Source: Chloroflexota bacterium
GTDB lineage: Bacteria > Chloroflexota > Dehalococcoidia > Lucifugimonadales > UBA3495
Assembly: GCA_027623675.1 (NCBI GenBank)
Contig: JAQBVF010000002.1
Span: 32,001 to 96,000, forward strand
DNA: 64,000 nt
Direction of reading: 5' to 3'
In this document: positions 36,054 to 48,456 of the stretch, in pieces
Position numbering within the stretch: position 1 is the stretch's first letter
Layout: the number at the start of each line of letters is the position of its first letter
Notes under the pieces: model-generated
The model's database searches: none
The model's input: only the letters and a program-made list of their open reading frames with translations
What the model was told of the DNA's origin: nothing
Made by a program: the position numbers and the translations under genes

Positions 36054-37097
36054 GTGAGCGAGATTCGACCTATAGAGTGGGCCAACGGCACACTCAGACT
36101 GCTTGACCAGACCCTGCTTCCATCTCAAGAAGTGATCGTGGAAGCTCATGGGTATCTGGAAGCCGTCGACGCCATCAAGACGATGCGCGTGCGGGGAGCT
36201 CCAGCTATCGGCGTCACCGCCGCTTACGCCGTCGCCATGGCCGCCAGAGAGCTGGATTCTCCCGACCGGGACCGATTCTTACAGCGGTTGGCAGAGGCCG
36301 GCGCCGTGATCAAGGCTGCCCGCCCCACCGCCGTTAACCTGATGTGGGCCGTGGACCGGATGGTTGCCCTGGCCAACACTCAAAGCGGTATAGCGGACAT
36401 CCGCGAACGCTTGATGTCGGAAGCCATCACGATCGAGAAAGAAGATGAAGCGATCAACCGCAAGATGGGCAGCCACGGCAAAGAACTGATGCCCGACGGC
36501 GGGTCGGTGCTGACACACTGCAACGCCGGCGCTCTGGCGACAGCCGCCTTTGGCACGGCGGTTGGGGTCATTCGGGCTGGCTGGGAAGACGGCAAGCGCT
36601 TCAAGGTGTTCAACACCGAGACCAGGCCGTTCCTGCAGGGCGCGCGGTTGACGGCTTGGGAGTTCAAGCAGCTTGGCATACCTTCCACCCTGATAGTGGA
36701 CTCCGCGGCCGGCATGCTCATGCGCCGGGGCGAGATCGGCTGCGTCATCACTGGGGCCGACCGCATCGCCGCCAACGGAGACACGGCAAACAAGATCGGC
36801 ACCTACACGCTGGCGGTGCTGGCCAAAGAGAATGGGATACCCTTCTACGTCGCCGCTCCCATCAGCACGGTGGACCTGAGCCTTAGCAACGGAGACGAGA
36901 TCGAGATAGAACAACGTTCCCAGACCGAGGTCACTGAATTCAGGGGAGTGCGTATCGCGCCCGACGGAGTAGAAGCCCTTAATCCTGGGTTCGACGTGAC
37001 ACCCGCCAGATACGTGAGCGCCATCATCACCGAAGCTGGGGTTGCCCGCCCGCCCTATACCGACAGCCTTGCCCTGGCGGCTAAGGCGGCCCGATGA
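36054..37097 (+). CDS. mtnA: S-methyl-5-thioribose-1-phosphate isomerase
   Basis: LLDQTLLP, VRGAPAIG, ARPTAVNL, LTHCNAGALAT, ETRPFLQGARLT, GADRIAANGDTANKIGT. Confidence 0.95.
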   Translation: MSEIRPIEWANGTLRLLDQTLLPSQEVIVEAHGYLEAVDAIKTMRVRGAPAIGVTAAYAVAMAARELDSPDRDRFLQRLAEAGAVIKAARPTAVNLMWAVDRMVALANTQSGIADIRERLMSEAITIEKEDEAINRKMGSHGKELMPDGGSVLTHCNAGALATAAFGTAVGVIRAGWEDGKRFKVFNTETRPFLQGARLTAWEFKQLGIPSTLIVDSAAGMLMRRGEIGCVITGADRIAANGDTANKIGTYTLAVLAKENGIPFYVAAPISTVDLSLSNGDEIEIEQRSQTEVTEFRGVRIAPDGVEALNPGFDVTPARYVSAIITEAGVARPPYTDSLALAAKAAR

Positions 37098-37966
37098 GAA
37101 CGGCGCAGGGAGCCACGGTGGCGGTGATCGGAGGCAGCGGCCTCTATGACATGGACGGTTTGACCGGCGTCGAATTCGTGAATGTGGACACGCCTTTCGG
37201 GAAACCCAGCGACGCCATAGTGCTGGGAGAGTTGGAAGGGGTGCGAGTCGCCTTCCTGCCGCGTCATGGCCGGGGGCACCGGTTCAACCCGACCCACATT
37301 CCGGCCCGCGCCAACATCTACGCGCTCAAGTCGTTGGGCGTGGAACGCATAATCTCAGTGAGCGCGGTTGGCAGCCTTAAAGAGGAGTTCGCTCCGCTGG
37401 ACCTGGTGATACCCAATCAGTTGATCGACCGCACCAGACTGCGCGAAAGCACCTTCTTCGACACCGACATGGTGGTGCACGTGGCCATGGCCGACCCGTT
37501 CTGCGCGGCAACCAGCCAGGCGGTGCACCAGGCGGCCCAGCAGTTGGACATCACGGTGCATCCCGGCGGGACCATGGTGGTGATGGAAGGACCGGCCTTT
37601 TCAACCAGGGCCGAATCGTTCATGTACCGCTCCTGGGGAGCAGACATAATCGGCATGACGGCGCTCCCGGAGGCCAAGCTGGCCCGGGAAGCCGAGATGT
37701 GCTACGCCACCATGGCCTGGATCACCGACTACGATTGTTGGCACCAAAGCTCGGAGTCGGTCACGGTGGACATGGTGATCGCCAATCTATTGAAGAACGT
37801 GGCGACCTCAAAAGCACTGCTGCGGCAGGTGATTCCGGCGCTGAAAGGCGAGCGCAATTGTCCCTGCGAGTCGGCGCTTAAAGATGCGATAATCACCCGG
37901 AAAGAAGAGATTCCGGAAGATTTGAAACGAAAACTAGCCCCGGTAACAGGAAGATATTTAAGTTAG
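37094..37966 (+). CDS. mtnP: S-methyl-5'-thioadenosine phosphorylase
   Basis: IGGSGLY, TPFGKPS, FLPRHG, EGPAFSTRAES, GMTALPEAKLAREAE, TDYDCW. Confidence 0.95.
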   Translation: MRTAQGATVAVIGGSGLYDMDGLTGVEFVNVDTPFGKPSDAIVLGELEGVRVAFLPRHGRGHRFNPTHIPARANIYALKSLGVERIISVSAVGSLKEEFAPLDLVIPNQLIDRTRLRESTFFDTDMVVHVAMADPFCAATSQAVHQAAQQLDITVHPGGTMVVMEGPAFSTRAESFMYRSWGADIIGMTALPEAKLAREAEMCYATMAWITDYDCWHQSSESVTVDMVIANLLKNVATSKALLRQVIPALKGERNCPCESALKDAIITRKEEIPEDLKRKLAPVTGRYLS

Positions 37967-38005
37967 GGACCGGTAACGTCCCGGCTAAGATCGAGGAGGA
38001 CCGAA

Positions 38006-38350
38006 ATGCCTAGACAAGACCCAGGGGAGCCATATTTCAGGGTGAATTCCGCCGAAGGCCAGGCGATGCGTGAAGCGGACCCTGATGGCATTGTGGTGAT
38101 AGATGTCCGGCGCGACGATGAGTGGGTCACCGGCCACGTCGCTGGCGCCATCCACGTTCCGGTTGACGACCTGACGGACAGGATCGACCAGATCCCCACC
38201 GACAAGAAAGTATTGTTCATCTGCGCCGCCGGCGTAAGGAGCGGCTTGGCCTGCGAGATGGCCGCGGCCCTGGGCTACGAAGCAGAGAACCTGTACAACA
38301 TCGAAGACGGGACACCCGCCTGGATCGCCGGCGGCCATCCCACTTCTTAC

Positions 38351-38362
<12 letters not shown>
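38006..38362 (+). CDS. Single-domain rhodanese-like sulfurtransferase
   Basis: VIDVR..EW..GHVAGA, active-site loop CAAGVRS, GTPAW. GAGGAGG SD. Confidence 0.88.
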
Positions 38363-39773
<1,411 letters not shown>

Positions 39774-39858
39774 GCCACCAGACATAACGCATACACCGGC
39801 AAATTCAACACGAGGGGCAGACCGGCCCCAGGTTGCAACAGGAGAGAGAAGAACTACC

Positions 39859-41067
39859 ATGCCAATGCTATTCCACGAATCGCCCAAATACCTGCTGACT
39901 TCAGAGTCGGTAACCGAAGGACACCCCGACAAGCTATGCGACCAGATCTCCGACGGAGTACTGGACGCCGTACTGACCAACGACCCCATGGGCCGCGTCG
40001 CCTGTGAGACCGCCGTCACCAACGGACTGGTCATGGTCATGGGTGAGATCACCACCAACTCGTATGTGGACGTGCCCAAGATCGTCCGCGAGACCCTGGC
40101 CAGGGCCGGGTACACCAACTCCGACTACGGTATCGACGCCATGAGCTGCGGAGTGGCTGTCTCCATCCAGGAGCAGTCCAGCGATATCAGCGCCGGCGTT
40201 ACCACCGCCCTGGAACAGCGCGGCTCGGCCGCGGAAGAAGCCTTGATGCAGACCGGCGCCGGCGACCAGGGAATGATGGTCGGGTTCGCCTGCAATGAGA
40301 CTCCCGAACTGATGCCCCTCACGGTGAGCCTGTCCCAGCGGTTGGTTGAGCGACTGGCCCTGGTCCGGAAGGAGGGCATCCTGCCCTACCTGCGGCCCGA
40401 CGGCAAGTCCCAGGTGACCGTTGAGTATCGCCACGGGGTCGCCCACCGCGTTGACACCGTGGTCATCAGCGCCCAGCACAACCCCGAAGTCACCAACGAG
40501 CAGATCGAGAAGGACATCACCGAGCAGGTCATCAAGAAGATCGTCCCCGCCAATCTGATGGACGCCGACACCAAGATCTTCGTCAACCCCAGCGGCCGGT
40601 TCGTGATTGGCGGACCCGCCGGGGATAGCGGCCTGACCGGCCGGAAGATTCTGGTCGACACCTACGGCGGCATCGCTCGTCACGGCGGCGGCGCTTTCTC
40701 GGGCAAGGACCCGACCAAGGTTGACCGTTCGGCGGCCTACGCTGCCCGCTACGTGGCCAAGAACCTGGTGGCGGCCGGCCTGGCCGACCGCGCCGAAGTT
40801 CTAGTCTCCTACGCCATCGGCGTGGCCACCCCCATATCGGTGGCGGTCGAGACCTTCGACACCAACAAGGTCGACAGCGACACCATCCACGCACTGGTGG
40901 CCAAGCACTTCGACCTGCGTCCCGCGGCAATCATCCGCGACCTGGACCTGCGCCGGCCGATCTACCAGGCCACGGCCGCCTACGGGCACTTTGGGCGGGA
41001 ATCGCTCAACCTGTCCTGGGAGAGGACCGATAAAGCCGAAGCCTTGAGGAAAGACGCTGGCCTCTAG
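39859..41067 (+). CDS. metK: Methionine adenosyltransferase
   Basis: [50 protein letters not shown]. Confidence 0.97.
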   Translation: MPMLFHESPKYLLTSESVTEGHPDKLCDQISDGVLDAVLTNDPMGRVACETAVTNGLVMVMGEITTNSYVDVPKIVRETLARAGYTNSDYGIDAMSCGVAVSIQEQSSDISAGVTTALEQRGSAAEEALMQTGAGDQGMMVGFACNETPELMPLTVSLSQRLVERLALVRKEGILPYLRPDGKSQVTVEYRHGVAHRVDTVVISAQHNPEVTNEQIEKDITEQVIKKIVPANLMDADTKIFVNPSGRFVIGGPAGDSGLTGRKILVDTYGGIARHGGGAFSGKDPTKVDRSAAYAARYVAKNLVAAGLADRAEVLVSYAIGVATPISVAVETFDTNKVDSDTIHALVAKHFDLRPAAIIRDLDLRRPIYQATAAYGHFGRESLNLSWERTDKAEALRKDAGL

Positions 41068-41125
41068 CCTTCCGGTCTAAGCTGTTTATCAACTCTCTAG
41101 GGGGCAGTTGATAGCAGGCAGATCC

Positions 41126-41161
41126 TGGGGTCCTTGGCAGATTGCCAAGGACCCCATTTTT
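41126..41161 (+). terminator. Intrinsic terminator after metK
   Basis: TGGGGTCCTTGGCA-GAT-TGCCAAGGACCCCA-TTTTT. Confidence 0.8.
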
Positions 41162-41265
41162 ATTGCCCTTAACGGATTCTGGTAACATGCGTTTTACCGT
41201 ATCGATGGCCGGAGCGGCGAAAACATGCCAACCGGCATCGAAATCCAACTCACCGAGGCGTTGAA

Positions 41266-42699
41266 TTGGCCGACCTGACAGACATAAGATTCGGGACCGA
41301 CGGCTGGCGGGCGTTGATCGCCAACGAGTATACGTTCGAGAACGTGGCCCGTTGCGCTGAGGGCCTGTGTGTTCATCTGAAAGCGGCCGGAACGGCCGGC
41401 AAGGGTTTGGTCGTTGGCTACGACACCCGGTTCCTGTCGCCCGAGTTCGCAGATACCGTTGCCGCTGTGTGCGCCGCCCAAGGAGTCAAAGTTTACCTGG
41501 CTGATAAACAAGCCCCTACCCCGGTCCTCAGCTACAACGTATTGCACCATCAGGCAGGCGGCGCCGCCATCATCACCGCCAGCCACAACCCCGCCCAGTG
41601 GAACGGGTTCAAGTTCAAGCCCGAATACGCCGGCAGCGCCACTCAGGAGATCACGGACCGTCTGGAGGCGGCCATCGCCCAGGTCCCGGTTAAGCCAGTC
41701 CCCAGCATGGCGGCGGGGCGGGAGAGCGGAATGATTGTGGACATTGACCCCGCGCCTCCCTACCTCGAGCGCATCGCCTCTCAGGTGAACCTGGACGCCA
41801 TCAAGAGCGCCGGCCTCCAGGTTGTCGTGGATGCCATGTACGGGGCCGGATTGGGCTACCTGCCGGCGCTCTTAGCCGGCGGCAAAACCACCGTCAGGGA
41901 GCTCCACGGCCACCGTAACCCGGCATTTCCCGGTATGCAGCAGCCTGAGCCCATCGCCCACAATCTGACGGAGATTTCGGCTCTCATCGCCAAGGAGGGC
42001 GCTCACGGGGGAAAGTCGGTGGGTATCGCCCTGGATGGCGACGCCGACCGTGTGGGAATCATCGACGAGCAGGGCCGCTTCGTCACCACATTGGACACTT
42101 TTTCCATGCTGGCCCAGTACCTTTTGGAGCAGAAGCAGCAGCGCGGAGCACTGGTCAAGGGCGTCACCTCATCCATCGCCCTCAACCACTTGGGCGCGGC
42201 CTACGGGGTGGATGTCCACGAGATGCGGGTTGGCTTCAAAAACATCGGCCCCAAAATGACTGAGGTGGACGCCTTGATGGGCGGGGAGGAGAGCGGCGGG
42301 TTCGCCTTCCGGGGCCATATCCCCGAACGCGACGGCATCCTGAGCGGGCTGTATATCCTGGAATACATGGCCGTAACCGGCGAAAGTCCAACCCAGTTGT
42401 TGCAGCGGTTGATCGACAAGGTCGGCCCCCACTCGTACCACCGGCGTGACATCGGCTTCCAAGCCAGCGACCGGGAACGGATCCTAGAAGCGGTGAACGA
42501 CCCGGCTTTTACCGAGGTCGCCGGAATCCCGATTCTCGGCTCCGACACAATCGATGGCCGCAGGTTCCGGGTGGATGACGGCTGGCTGGCGGTGCGGTTC
42601 TCCGGCACCGAGCCCCTGCTCCGCATCTACGCCGAAGCCGCCACGCCCGAGTTGGTGGAGAAGCTACTTGATGGGGCCATGACCTACCTCAAGGTCTAG
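41266..42699 (+). CDS. Phosphoglucomutase/phosphomannomutase family protein
   Basis: FGTDGWR, ITASHNP, DGDADR, GGEESGG, RFSGTEPLLRIYAE. Confidence 0.93.
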   Translation: MADLTDIRFGTDGWRALIANEYTFENVARCAEGLCVHLKAAGTAGKGLVVGYDTRFLSPEFADTVAAVCAAQGVKVYLADKQAPTPVLSYNVLHHQAGGAAIITASHNPAQWNGFKFKPEYAGSATQEITDRLEAAIAQVPVKPVPSMAAGRESGMIVDIDPAPPYLERIASQVNLDAIKSAGLQVVVDAMYGAGLGYLPALLAGGKTTVRELHGHRNPAFPGMQQPEPIAHNLTEISALIAKEGAHGGKSVGIALDGDADRVGIIDEQGRFVTTLDTFSMLAQYLLEQKQQRGALVKGVTSSIALNHLGAAYGVDVHEMRVGFKNIGPKMTEVDALMGGEESGGFAFRGHIPERDGILSGLYILEYMAVTGESPTQLLQRLIDKVGPHSYHRRDIGFQASDRERILEAVNDPAFTEVAGIPILGSDTIDGRRFRVDDGWLAVRFSGTEPLLRIYAEAATPELVEKLLDGAMTYLKV

Positions 42700-42822
42700 C
42701 CAGCAGGTGACCGTGCCGGTCAACACGAATCAAGCGAAGCGTCCGGACGCCGGGGTTGAGCCAGAGTTCACCAAGCAACGAGGGTCTTTCCCGAATCGTC
42801 GGCCTCAAGTAATCAGGCCGCT

Positions 42823-42856
42823 CCCGTTGGTCCTGAGCTCCGTCGAAGGGCGTGCA
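42823..42856 (-). repeat. REP-like element, same family as 2933-2965
   Basis: Reverse complement TGCACGCCCTTCGACGGAGCTCAGGACCAACGGG aligns with TGCGCGCCCTTCGAGAGCCTCGGGACGAACGGG. Confidence 0.55.
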
Positions 42857-43033
42857 TAAGTCTCGTTGGGGGATAACGCTAAATGCGGTGGGTTCCAGGT
42901 CTTAATCCCGAAGGATGCCACGAACGGGACGCCGGGAATCCGGCCTGTCGGGTGCAACCGGCTACAATCACCAAAGGAATGAGACCGTTGGCCCATCTCC
43001 AGAAGGGCTCGGAATGACGGCTTTCGTTGAATG

Positions 43034-43063
43034 AAAAAGGCCCCGGAATTATCCGGGGCCTTT
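43034..43063 (-). terminator. Intrinsic terminator after rpsI (likely bidirectional)
   Basis: AAAAAGGCCCCGGA-ATTA-TCCGGGGCCTTT. Confidence 0.8.
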
Positions 43064-43087
43064 CGGTTTCCAGTTGTTGCTGGGTCT

Positions 43088-43498
43088 CTACCGCTTGGTG
43101 TACTGCGGCGCCCGGCGGGCCCGCTTGAGGCCGTACTTCTTGCTCTCTTTGATGCGGGCGTCGCGGGTGATGAGACCGGCCCGGCGCAAACTGGGCTTGA
43201 GGGTGGCGTCGTAGACCACCAGCGCCCGGGCGATGCCGTGACGGATGGCCTCGGATTGCGCGTTCACACCTCCGCCGGCGACCTTGACCACCACCCGGAA
43301 CTTGTTGACGGTATCGCTGATACGGAACGCTTCGTTGATCGTCTTCTGCCAGGGGGCCCAGTTGAAGAACTCGTCCATGGGCTTCCCGTTGACCAGGATG
43401 GGGCCGCCGTCGTCCAGGTAAAGGCGCACCCGGGCGATGGCCGTCTTACGCTTGCCCGTTCCGTAGAAATAAGTCTGGTTGGCTTCAGCTTGTACCAA
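43088..43498 (-). CDS. rpsI: 30S ribosomal protein S9
   Basis: YGTGKRKTAIARV, GGG, KKYGLKRARRAPQYTKR. Confidence 0.97.
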   Translation of the reverse strand: MVQAEANQTYFYGTGKRKTAIARVRLYLDDGGPILVNGKPMDEFFNWAPWQKTINEAFRISDTVNKFRVVVKVAGGGVNAQSEAIRHGIARALVVYDATLKPSLRRAGLITRDARIKESKKYGLKRARRAPQYTKR

Positions 43499-43554
43499 GG
43501 TTGGTCTTTCCTTTTATTTGACTATGCGCTACTCGGCTAGGGGTTAGGCGAGCG

Positions 43555-44013
43555 CTAGGCGTCCGTTGTCGGGGGTTCGGCTACCGGATGTCCGGTCACC
43601 TGGGCCTCGTGCGGATGGTCCGGGCCGCTGTACACCTTGAGGCGGCGCAACATCTGCCGTCCCATATGGTTCTTGGGGAGCATGCCCTTAACGGCCAGTT
43701 CCAGCACCCGATCGGGCTTGGAGTCCATCAGATCCCTCAGACGGAAAGTCCTCAGGTTTCCCACGTACCCACTGTGCCGGTAGTACATCTTCTGGTCCAA
43801 CTTCTTGCCGGTGACCTTAAGGTCGGCGGCGTTGGTCACCACCACGAAGTCACCCGTGAGGGTGTGGGGCGTGTAGCTGGTTTTGTCTTTGCCTTGCAGG
43901 GCAATGGCGATGTTTCTTGCTATCCGACCCAGGGTTTGGCCCTGAGCGTCGATCACTCGCCACCGTTCGGCGGTGTCGCCAGGCTTGGCAAAATATGTGC
44001 TGGTTCGTTTCAT
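43555..44013 (-). CDS. rplM: 50S ribosomal protein L13
   Basis: WRVIDA, LGR, YTPH..GDFVVV, YYRHSGY, AVKGMLPK, HPHEAQ. Confidence 0.97.
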   Translation of the reverse strand: MKRTSTYFAKPGDTAERWRVIDAQGQTLGRIARNIAIALQGKDKTSYTPHTLTGDFVVVTNAADLKVTGKKLDQKMYYRHSGYVGNLRTFRLRDLMDSKPDRVLELAVKGMLPKNHMGRQMLRRLKVYSGPDHPHEAQVTGHPVAEPPTTDA

Positions 44014-44075
44014 TTCTTTCAATTCCGTTCTAGTTATTCCAGTGGCCAGTCCGGTCGTCCCAATATCAGCGGCGC

Positions 44076-44813
44076 TTATTGGACTTCAAACCTGACGGAA
44101 CCTGGATATCTTACACTAATTAGGCAAAGTCCGTGTGCGGGCAACAAGGGCGATCCGTCTACGGCGCCGTCCAGCGCCTGAGTGATTCGCTCCACCGGAT
44201 ATTTCCCTCTTCCGATCTCTGTTAAAATTCCGTTCGCTTTCCTTATCTGTTGTTTCAAGAAGCCGTTGGCTTCACACTCGATAACGATGTTGTCGCCGGT
44301 CTGTTCAATGTCCCACCGCTTCACTTCCCGAACTGAGCCGCGGTCTTCGGGATGCCCCACGGCCAGCGCCCGAAAGTCGTGGATCCCCACCAGGAGCTGG
44401 GCTGCCTCGGCCATCTTCCCGGTGTCCAGGCACTCCCTGATCCAGAGGTGGCTGTGCCTGCGCAATGGCGAAGGCGAGGGCCGGTTCAATATGCTGTACT
44501 GGTAGGTCCTGCCCAGTGCGCTCCGCCGGGAGTTGAAATCCTCGTCCACCCGGTAGGCCTCGAGGACTTTGATGTCCTCGGGGAGATGATAGTTCATGGC
44601 GGGAGCGAATCTTTCCAGCGGGTGCCGGGTGCCGGTCAGGAAGTCTACCATCTGACCCTTGGCGTGGGCCCCGGAATCGGTGCGGCTGGCGCCCCGGATC
44701 CTGGTTTCCTGCCCGGTAAACTTGGCCAGAGCCTTCTCCAGTTCACCTTGAATGGTCGGAGGACCTGCCTGGAGTTGGAAGCCGGCGTAATTGGTGCCTT
44801 GATATTCAACCAA
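44076..44813 (-). CDS. truA: tRNA pseudouridine(38-40) synthase; true start unclear
   Basis: EYQGTNYAGFQ, GASRTDSGAHA, GIHDF, GFLKQQIR, PAHGLCL. Position after rplQ. Confidence 0.92.
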   Translation of the reverse strand: MVEYQGTNYAGFQLQAGPPTIQGELEKALAKFTGQETRIRGASRTDSGAHAKGQMVDFLTGTRHPLERFAPAMNYHLPEDIKVLEAYRVDEDFNSRRSALGRTYQYSILNRPSPSPLRRHSHLWIRECLDTGKMAEAAQLLVGIHDFRALAVGHPEDRGSVREVKRWDIEQTGDNIVIECEANGFLKQQIRKANGILTEIGRGKYPVERITQALDGAVDGSPLLPAHGLCLISVRYPGSVRFEVQ

Positions 44814-44918
44814 CAGGGCGGCCCGCCAAAGGTGCTCGCCCGTTTCTTTCTCTAAACCGCTGGCTGATTCGTTAACTGAGTTTTGGACTCTGCCGTCTTT
44901 TATCTAGATCTTGCTCCG

Positions 44919-45272
44919 TTAGACCAACTCGATGATCGCCATCAGGGCGGAGTCACCGGTGCGCGGTCCCAATTTCATGATCCTGGTATAGCCGCCGGGC
45001 CGTTCGGCGTAGCGGACCGCCACGTCGTCAAACACTTTCTTTACCACTTTGGAGTTGGGCACCTGGGCCATGGCCAACCGGCGATGGTTCAGGTTGCCCT
45101 TTTTGCCGTGGGTGATCAGTTTCTCGGCCATCACCCTGGTCTCTTTGGCCTTGGCCAGGGTGGTGGTGATGCGTTCGTGGGTTATCAGTTCCACAACCAA
45201 ACCCCGCAGCAATGCGGTGCGTTGGTCGCGGTACCGGCTGAGTTTTCTACCGGCAATTCTGTGGGAGGCCAT
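44919..45272 (-). CDS. rplQ: 50S ribosomal protein L17
   Basis: [26 protein letters not shown]. Confidence 0.97.
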   Translation of the reverse strand: MASHRIAGRKLSRYRDQRTALLRGLVVELITHERITTTLAKAKETRVMAEKLITHGKKGNLNHRRLAMAQVPNSKVVKKVFDDVAVRYAERPGGYTRIMKLGPRTGDSALMAIIELV

Positions 45273-45274
45273 GG

Positions 45275-46432
45275 CTACTCGTCATCCTCGTCTTCGATAT
45301 CGTCCAGGTCGTCTTCGTCGGGCCCGTCGTCCAAGTCGCCGGTCTCTTCAATTGACATTCCGGGAGCGTCGGCTGGCGAGTCGGGTGGGGCGTCGCCCAT
45401 CAGTTCGCCCAAGTCCTCGGTGGAAAGGTCAGGCACCCTGCCGGCGGGCCGGTCGGCAAAGTCGGTAACACCGTTCTCATACAGCTTTTCTTTCAACTCA
45501 ACCAGCGATTTCTCGCCGAAGTTGCGTATCTTAAGCAGTTCGTCGTCGGACATCTCCAGGACTTCGCCGACCTTGGAGATGTGAGAGCGCTTCAGGCAGT
45601 TCAGGGTGCGCGGAGACAGTTCCAGCTTCTCTATAGGCGTCTGGTAGATCTCCGGGGACACCACCAACGGCACTCGTTCGTTCCCTTCCTCGGCAACCCG
45701 GTTCAAGTTGCTGAATAGGAAGAAGTGATTAACGAGATTCTCGGCGGCTTGCTGAATGGCCTCGACAGCCTTGATCGTGCCGTCGGTCCAAACTTCCATC
45801 ACCAAGCGCTCGTAATCGGTAACTTGACCGACCCTGGTGCGCTCGACGTTGTAATTGACCTTGCGAACGGGGCTGAACACGGCGTCCACGGGCAGAACAC
45901 CCACTGGCGGGTTGTTGGTCCCGTCGTGCTGTGCCGCTGCCTGGTAGCCAACGCCCTGTTCGACGTTGAATTCCATGGACAGGTGGGAGTCATCGGAGTC
46001 CAGGGTCGCCAGGTGCAACTCTGGATTCACAATCTCGAAGTCGCTCGACGTTGCGATGTCACCCGCGCAAACCCGGCCTTCGCCTTTGACGTCCAGGCGC
46101 ATCTTGCCCGCCCGGTCCGATTGGGAGCGGATCCGGATGCGCTTGACGTTTAGGAGGAGTTCCATAACTTCCTCTTTGACGCCAGGCACGGCGGCATACT
46201 CGTGGACCACGTCGTCAATCTTGACCCACGTGACCGCGCAGCCTTTGGTGGAGCTGAGCAATATCCTCCGAAGAGGGTTGCCGATGGTCAGACCGAAACC
46301 ACGGGGCAGCGGCTCGACGGCCACCTTCCCATAAGTATCCTCTGATTCCAACACCCGAATCTCGGGCTTTATGATTTCTGTACCGGTCTCCGGCGAACCC
46401 GGAGTCAGGATTAAGGTGTCCAACATGGACAA
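45275..46432 (-). CDS. rpoA: RNA polymerase subunit alpha (long acidic C-terminal tail)
   Basis: [49 protein letters not shown]. Start may be TTG 46432 or ATG 46426. Confidence 0.97.
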   Translation of the reverse strand: MSMLDTLILTPGSPETGTEIIKPEIRVLESEDTYGKVAVEPLPRGFGLTIGNPLRRILLSSTKGCAVTWVKIDDVVHEYAAVPGVKEEVMELLLNVKRIRIRSQSDRAGKMRLDVKGEGRVCAGDIATSSDFEIVNPELHLATLDSDDSHLSMEFNVEQGVGYQAAAQHDGTNNPPVGVLPVDAVFSPVRKVNYNVERTRVGQVTDYERLVMEVWTDGTIKAVEAIQQAAENLVNHFFLFSNLNRVAEEGNERVPLVVSPEIYQTPIEKLELSPRTLNCLKRSHISKVGEVLEMSDDELLKIRNFGEKSLVELKEKLYENGVTDFADRPAGRVPDLSTEDLGELMGDAPPDSPADAPGMSIEETGDLDDGPDEDDLDDIEDEDDE

Positions 46433-46433
46433 A

Positions 46434-47060
46434 CTACCTCGAGTAAAACTCTACTATCAGCCTTGAATCTACTATTGCTTGCAGGTCCTCATCGGCGGGG
46501 AGCGACACCACTGTGCCAGTCATCTCGCTTTGGTCCAGACTCAGCCAAGCGGGGATGGGCCGTTTGGGGATCCCGTCGATCCGGCCGGCGTAGAAGTCGG
46601 TGGTCTTGATGGACTCCTTCCAGGAAATCACATCGCCGGGTCTTACCTGGTATGAGGGCACATCGGTCTTGTTACCGTTGACCCGGAAGTGGCCGTGGAG
46701 CACGGTCTGGCGGCCCTGTTTCCTGGAGTCGGAGAAACCAAGCTGGAATACCACATTGTCCAAACGACGCTCCAGAGACCGGAGCAGGTTCATGCCGGTC
46801 ACTCCGGGCGTGTTGAACGCGTTGGTCATGTAGCGCCTGAATTGGCCTTCCATGACGCCGTAGATGTATTTGGCCTTTTGCTTCTCCCGCAGGTGAACGG
46901 CGTAGTCGGTAGGCCTTCGGCGGCGGCGGGAGATGTCGCCGGGGGGATTGCGGCGCTTCTCGAAAGCGCAGCGGGGCGTGAAGCACTTATCGCCCTTTAA
47001 AAATAGCTTTTCGCCGGACCGCCGGCAGAGGCGGCAGGAGGGTCCTGTATATCTTCCCAT
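46434..47060 (-). CDS. rpsD: 30S ribosomal protein S4 (Zn-binding type)
   Basis: MGRYTGPSCRLCRR..KLFLKG.KC...C, LERRLDNVV, IVEFYSR. Confidence 0.97.
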   Translation of the reverse strand: MGRYTGPSCRLCRRSGEKLFLKGDKCFTPRCAFEKRRNPPGDISRRRRRPTDYAVHLREKQKAKYIYGVMEGQFRRYMTNAFNTPGVTGMNLLRSLERRLDNVVFQLGFSDSRKQGRQTVLHGHFRVNGNKTDVPSYQVRPGDVISWKESIKTTDFYAGRIDGIPKRPIPAWLSLDQSEMTGTVVSLPADEDLQAIVDSRLIVEFYSR

Positions 47061-47068
47061 GGACGGAG

Positions 47069-47452
47069 TTACACTCTCCTTCGTTTTGGCGGGCGGCACC
47101 CATTGTGAGGGATGGGCGTCACGTCCCGGATGCTGGTCACGAAAAGTCCTGCTCCCTGGAGGGAACGGATGGCGGCTTCCCGTCCCGCGCCAGGTCCCTT
47201 GATGAGGACGTCGATCTGGCGGAGTCCGGAATCCATACCCTTGCGGGCGGCCTGCTCGGCGGCGCGCTGGGCGGCGAAAGCGGTGCCCTTCCGGGAGCCT
47301 TTGAAGCCCACGGTGCCGGCGCTGGCAGTGGCGATAACGTTGCCCTGGGGGTCTGTAAGACTCACCAGGGTGTTGTTGAATGTCGAATAGATATAGGCCC
47401 GTCCTTGAGGCACCGAACGGCGCTCACGACGCCTTGTCCTTGGTCTAGGCAT
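47069..47452 (-). CDS. rpsK: 30S ribosomal protein S11
   Basis: [33 protein letters not shown]. Confidence 0.97.
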   Translation of the reverse strand: MPRPRTRRRERRSVPQGRAYIYSTFNNTLVSLTDPQGNVIATASAGTVGFKGSRKGTAFAAQRAAEQAARKGMDSGLRQIDVLIKGPGAGREAAIRSLQGAGLFVTSIRDVTPIPHNGCRPPKRRRV

Positions 47453-47490
47453 AAATAAATCTCTCTCGTACTAGCTGGTCTAGCTCGTGG

Positions 47491-47880
47491 CTACTTGCCG
47501 CCGGTGCGCCTGCCGCGGCCTGCGACGGTGCGGCGGGGTCCTTTGCGGGTTCGGGCATTGGTCTTGGTGCGTTGCCCGGCGACGGGCAGGTTCCGGCGGT
47601 GGCGCAGACCCCGGTAGGTGCCGATCTCGATGAGACGGCGAATGTTCTGGTTAACTTCCCGGCGCAGATCGCCTTCGTTGATGTAGTCCCGGTCGACCAA
47701 TTCCCTGATCCGGTCAACCTGTGCCTCGGTCAGTTCAATCATCCGCGGGGGAATGACCGGGTCAAGTTCGGCTTTGATCAGGATCTCTTCAGCAATCTTC
47801 GGGCCGATGCCATAGATGCTGCGAAGGGCTACATGCGCCCTCTTTCGGTCGGGAACGTCTACTCCGGCGATACGGACCAC
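47491..47880 (-). CDS. rpsM: 30S ribosomal protein S13
   Basis: [36 protein letters not shown]. Confidence 0.97.
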   Translation of the reverse strand: MVRIAGVDVPDRKRAHVALRSIYGIGPKIAEEILIKAELDPVIPPRMIELTEAQVDRIRELVDRDYINEGDLRREVNQNIRRLIEIGTYRGLRHRRNLPVAGQRTKTNARTRKGPRRTVAGRGRRTGGK

Positions 47881-47968
47881 TCCGGGCCTCCTTAAATTAA
47901 CCCCATCTAATCCAATGGGTGACGGTCATCAAGACGACCGTCATTAAATTACCGTATATTGCTCTTGC

Positions 47969-48082
47969 TTAACCCTGCCGCTGGGAGTGCCTGGGGTTGG
48001 AACAGATTATCCTGACCACACCCTTGCGCTTGATCACATGGCAGTTGCTGCACCTGGGCTTAACCGATGCTGATACTTTCAA
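47969..48082 (-). CDS. rpmJ: 50S ribosomal protein L36 (Zn-ribbon type)
   Basis: Below ORF-track cutoff. Manual translation [40 protein letters not shown] start. Confidence 0.95.
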   Translation of the reverse strand: MKVSASVKPRCSNCHVIKRKGVVRIICSNPRHSQRQG

Positions 48083-48141
48083 AACTAATGCCTTATAGCT
48101 GATTGACCGGTGAAATCGGGGAACGAGTCACTAGGACCGAA

Positions 48142-48360
48142 CTACTTGAACCGGTAGGTTATCCGGCCCCGGGTCAGATCGTATGGAGACAACTCCACCA
48201 GCACCCGGTCGCCGGGCAACACCCGGATAAAGTGCATCCTGATCTTTCCGGAAACGTGGGCCAAGACCTCATGATCGTTGGGAAGCTCCACCCGGAACAT
48301 GCCATTGGGAAGAGCCTCTTTGACGCTGGCCTCAACCTCGATCGCTTGTTTCTTCGCCAT
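48142..48360 (-). CDS. infA: Translation initiation factor IF-1
   Basis: [32 protein letters not shown]. Confidence 0.97.
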   Translation of the reverse strand: MAKKQAIEVEASVKEALPNGMFRVELPNDHEVLAHVSGKIRMHFIRVLPGDRVLVELSPYDLTRGRITYRFK

Positions 48361-48456
48361 AATGCCTCGTTAAGTAATCCCGTAAGATAATTCCAAATCG
48401 CGCCCTCCCCGGTCCCACCGGTGGGAGAACGCTGCGGACCGCTGGCCGGCCCGGTG

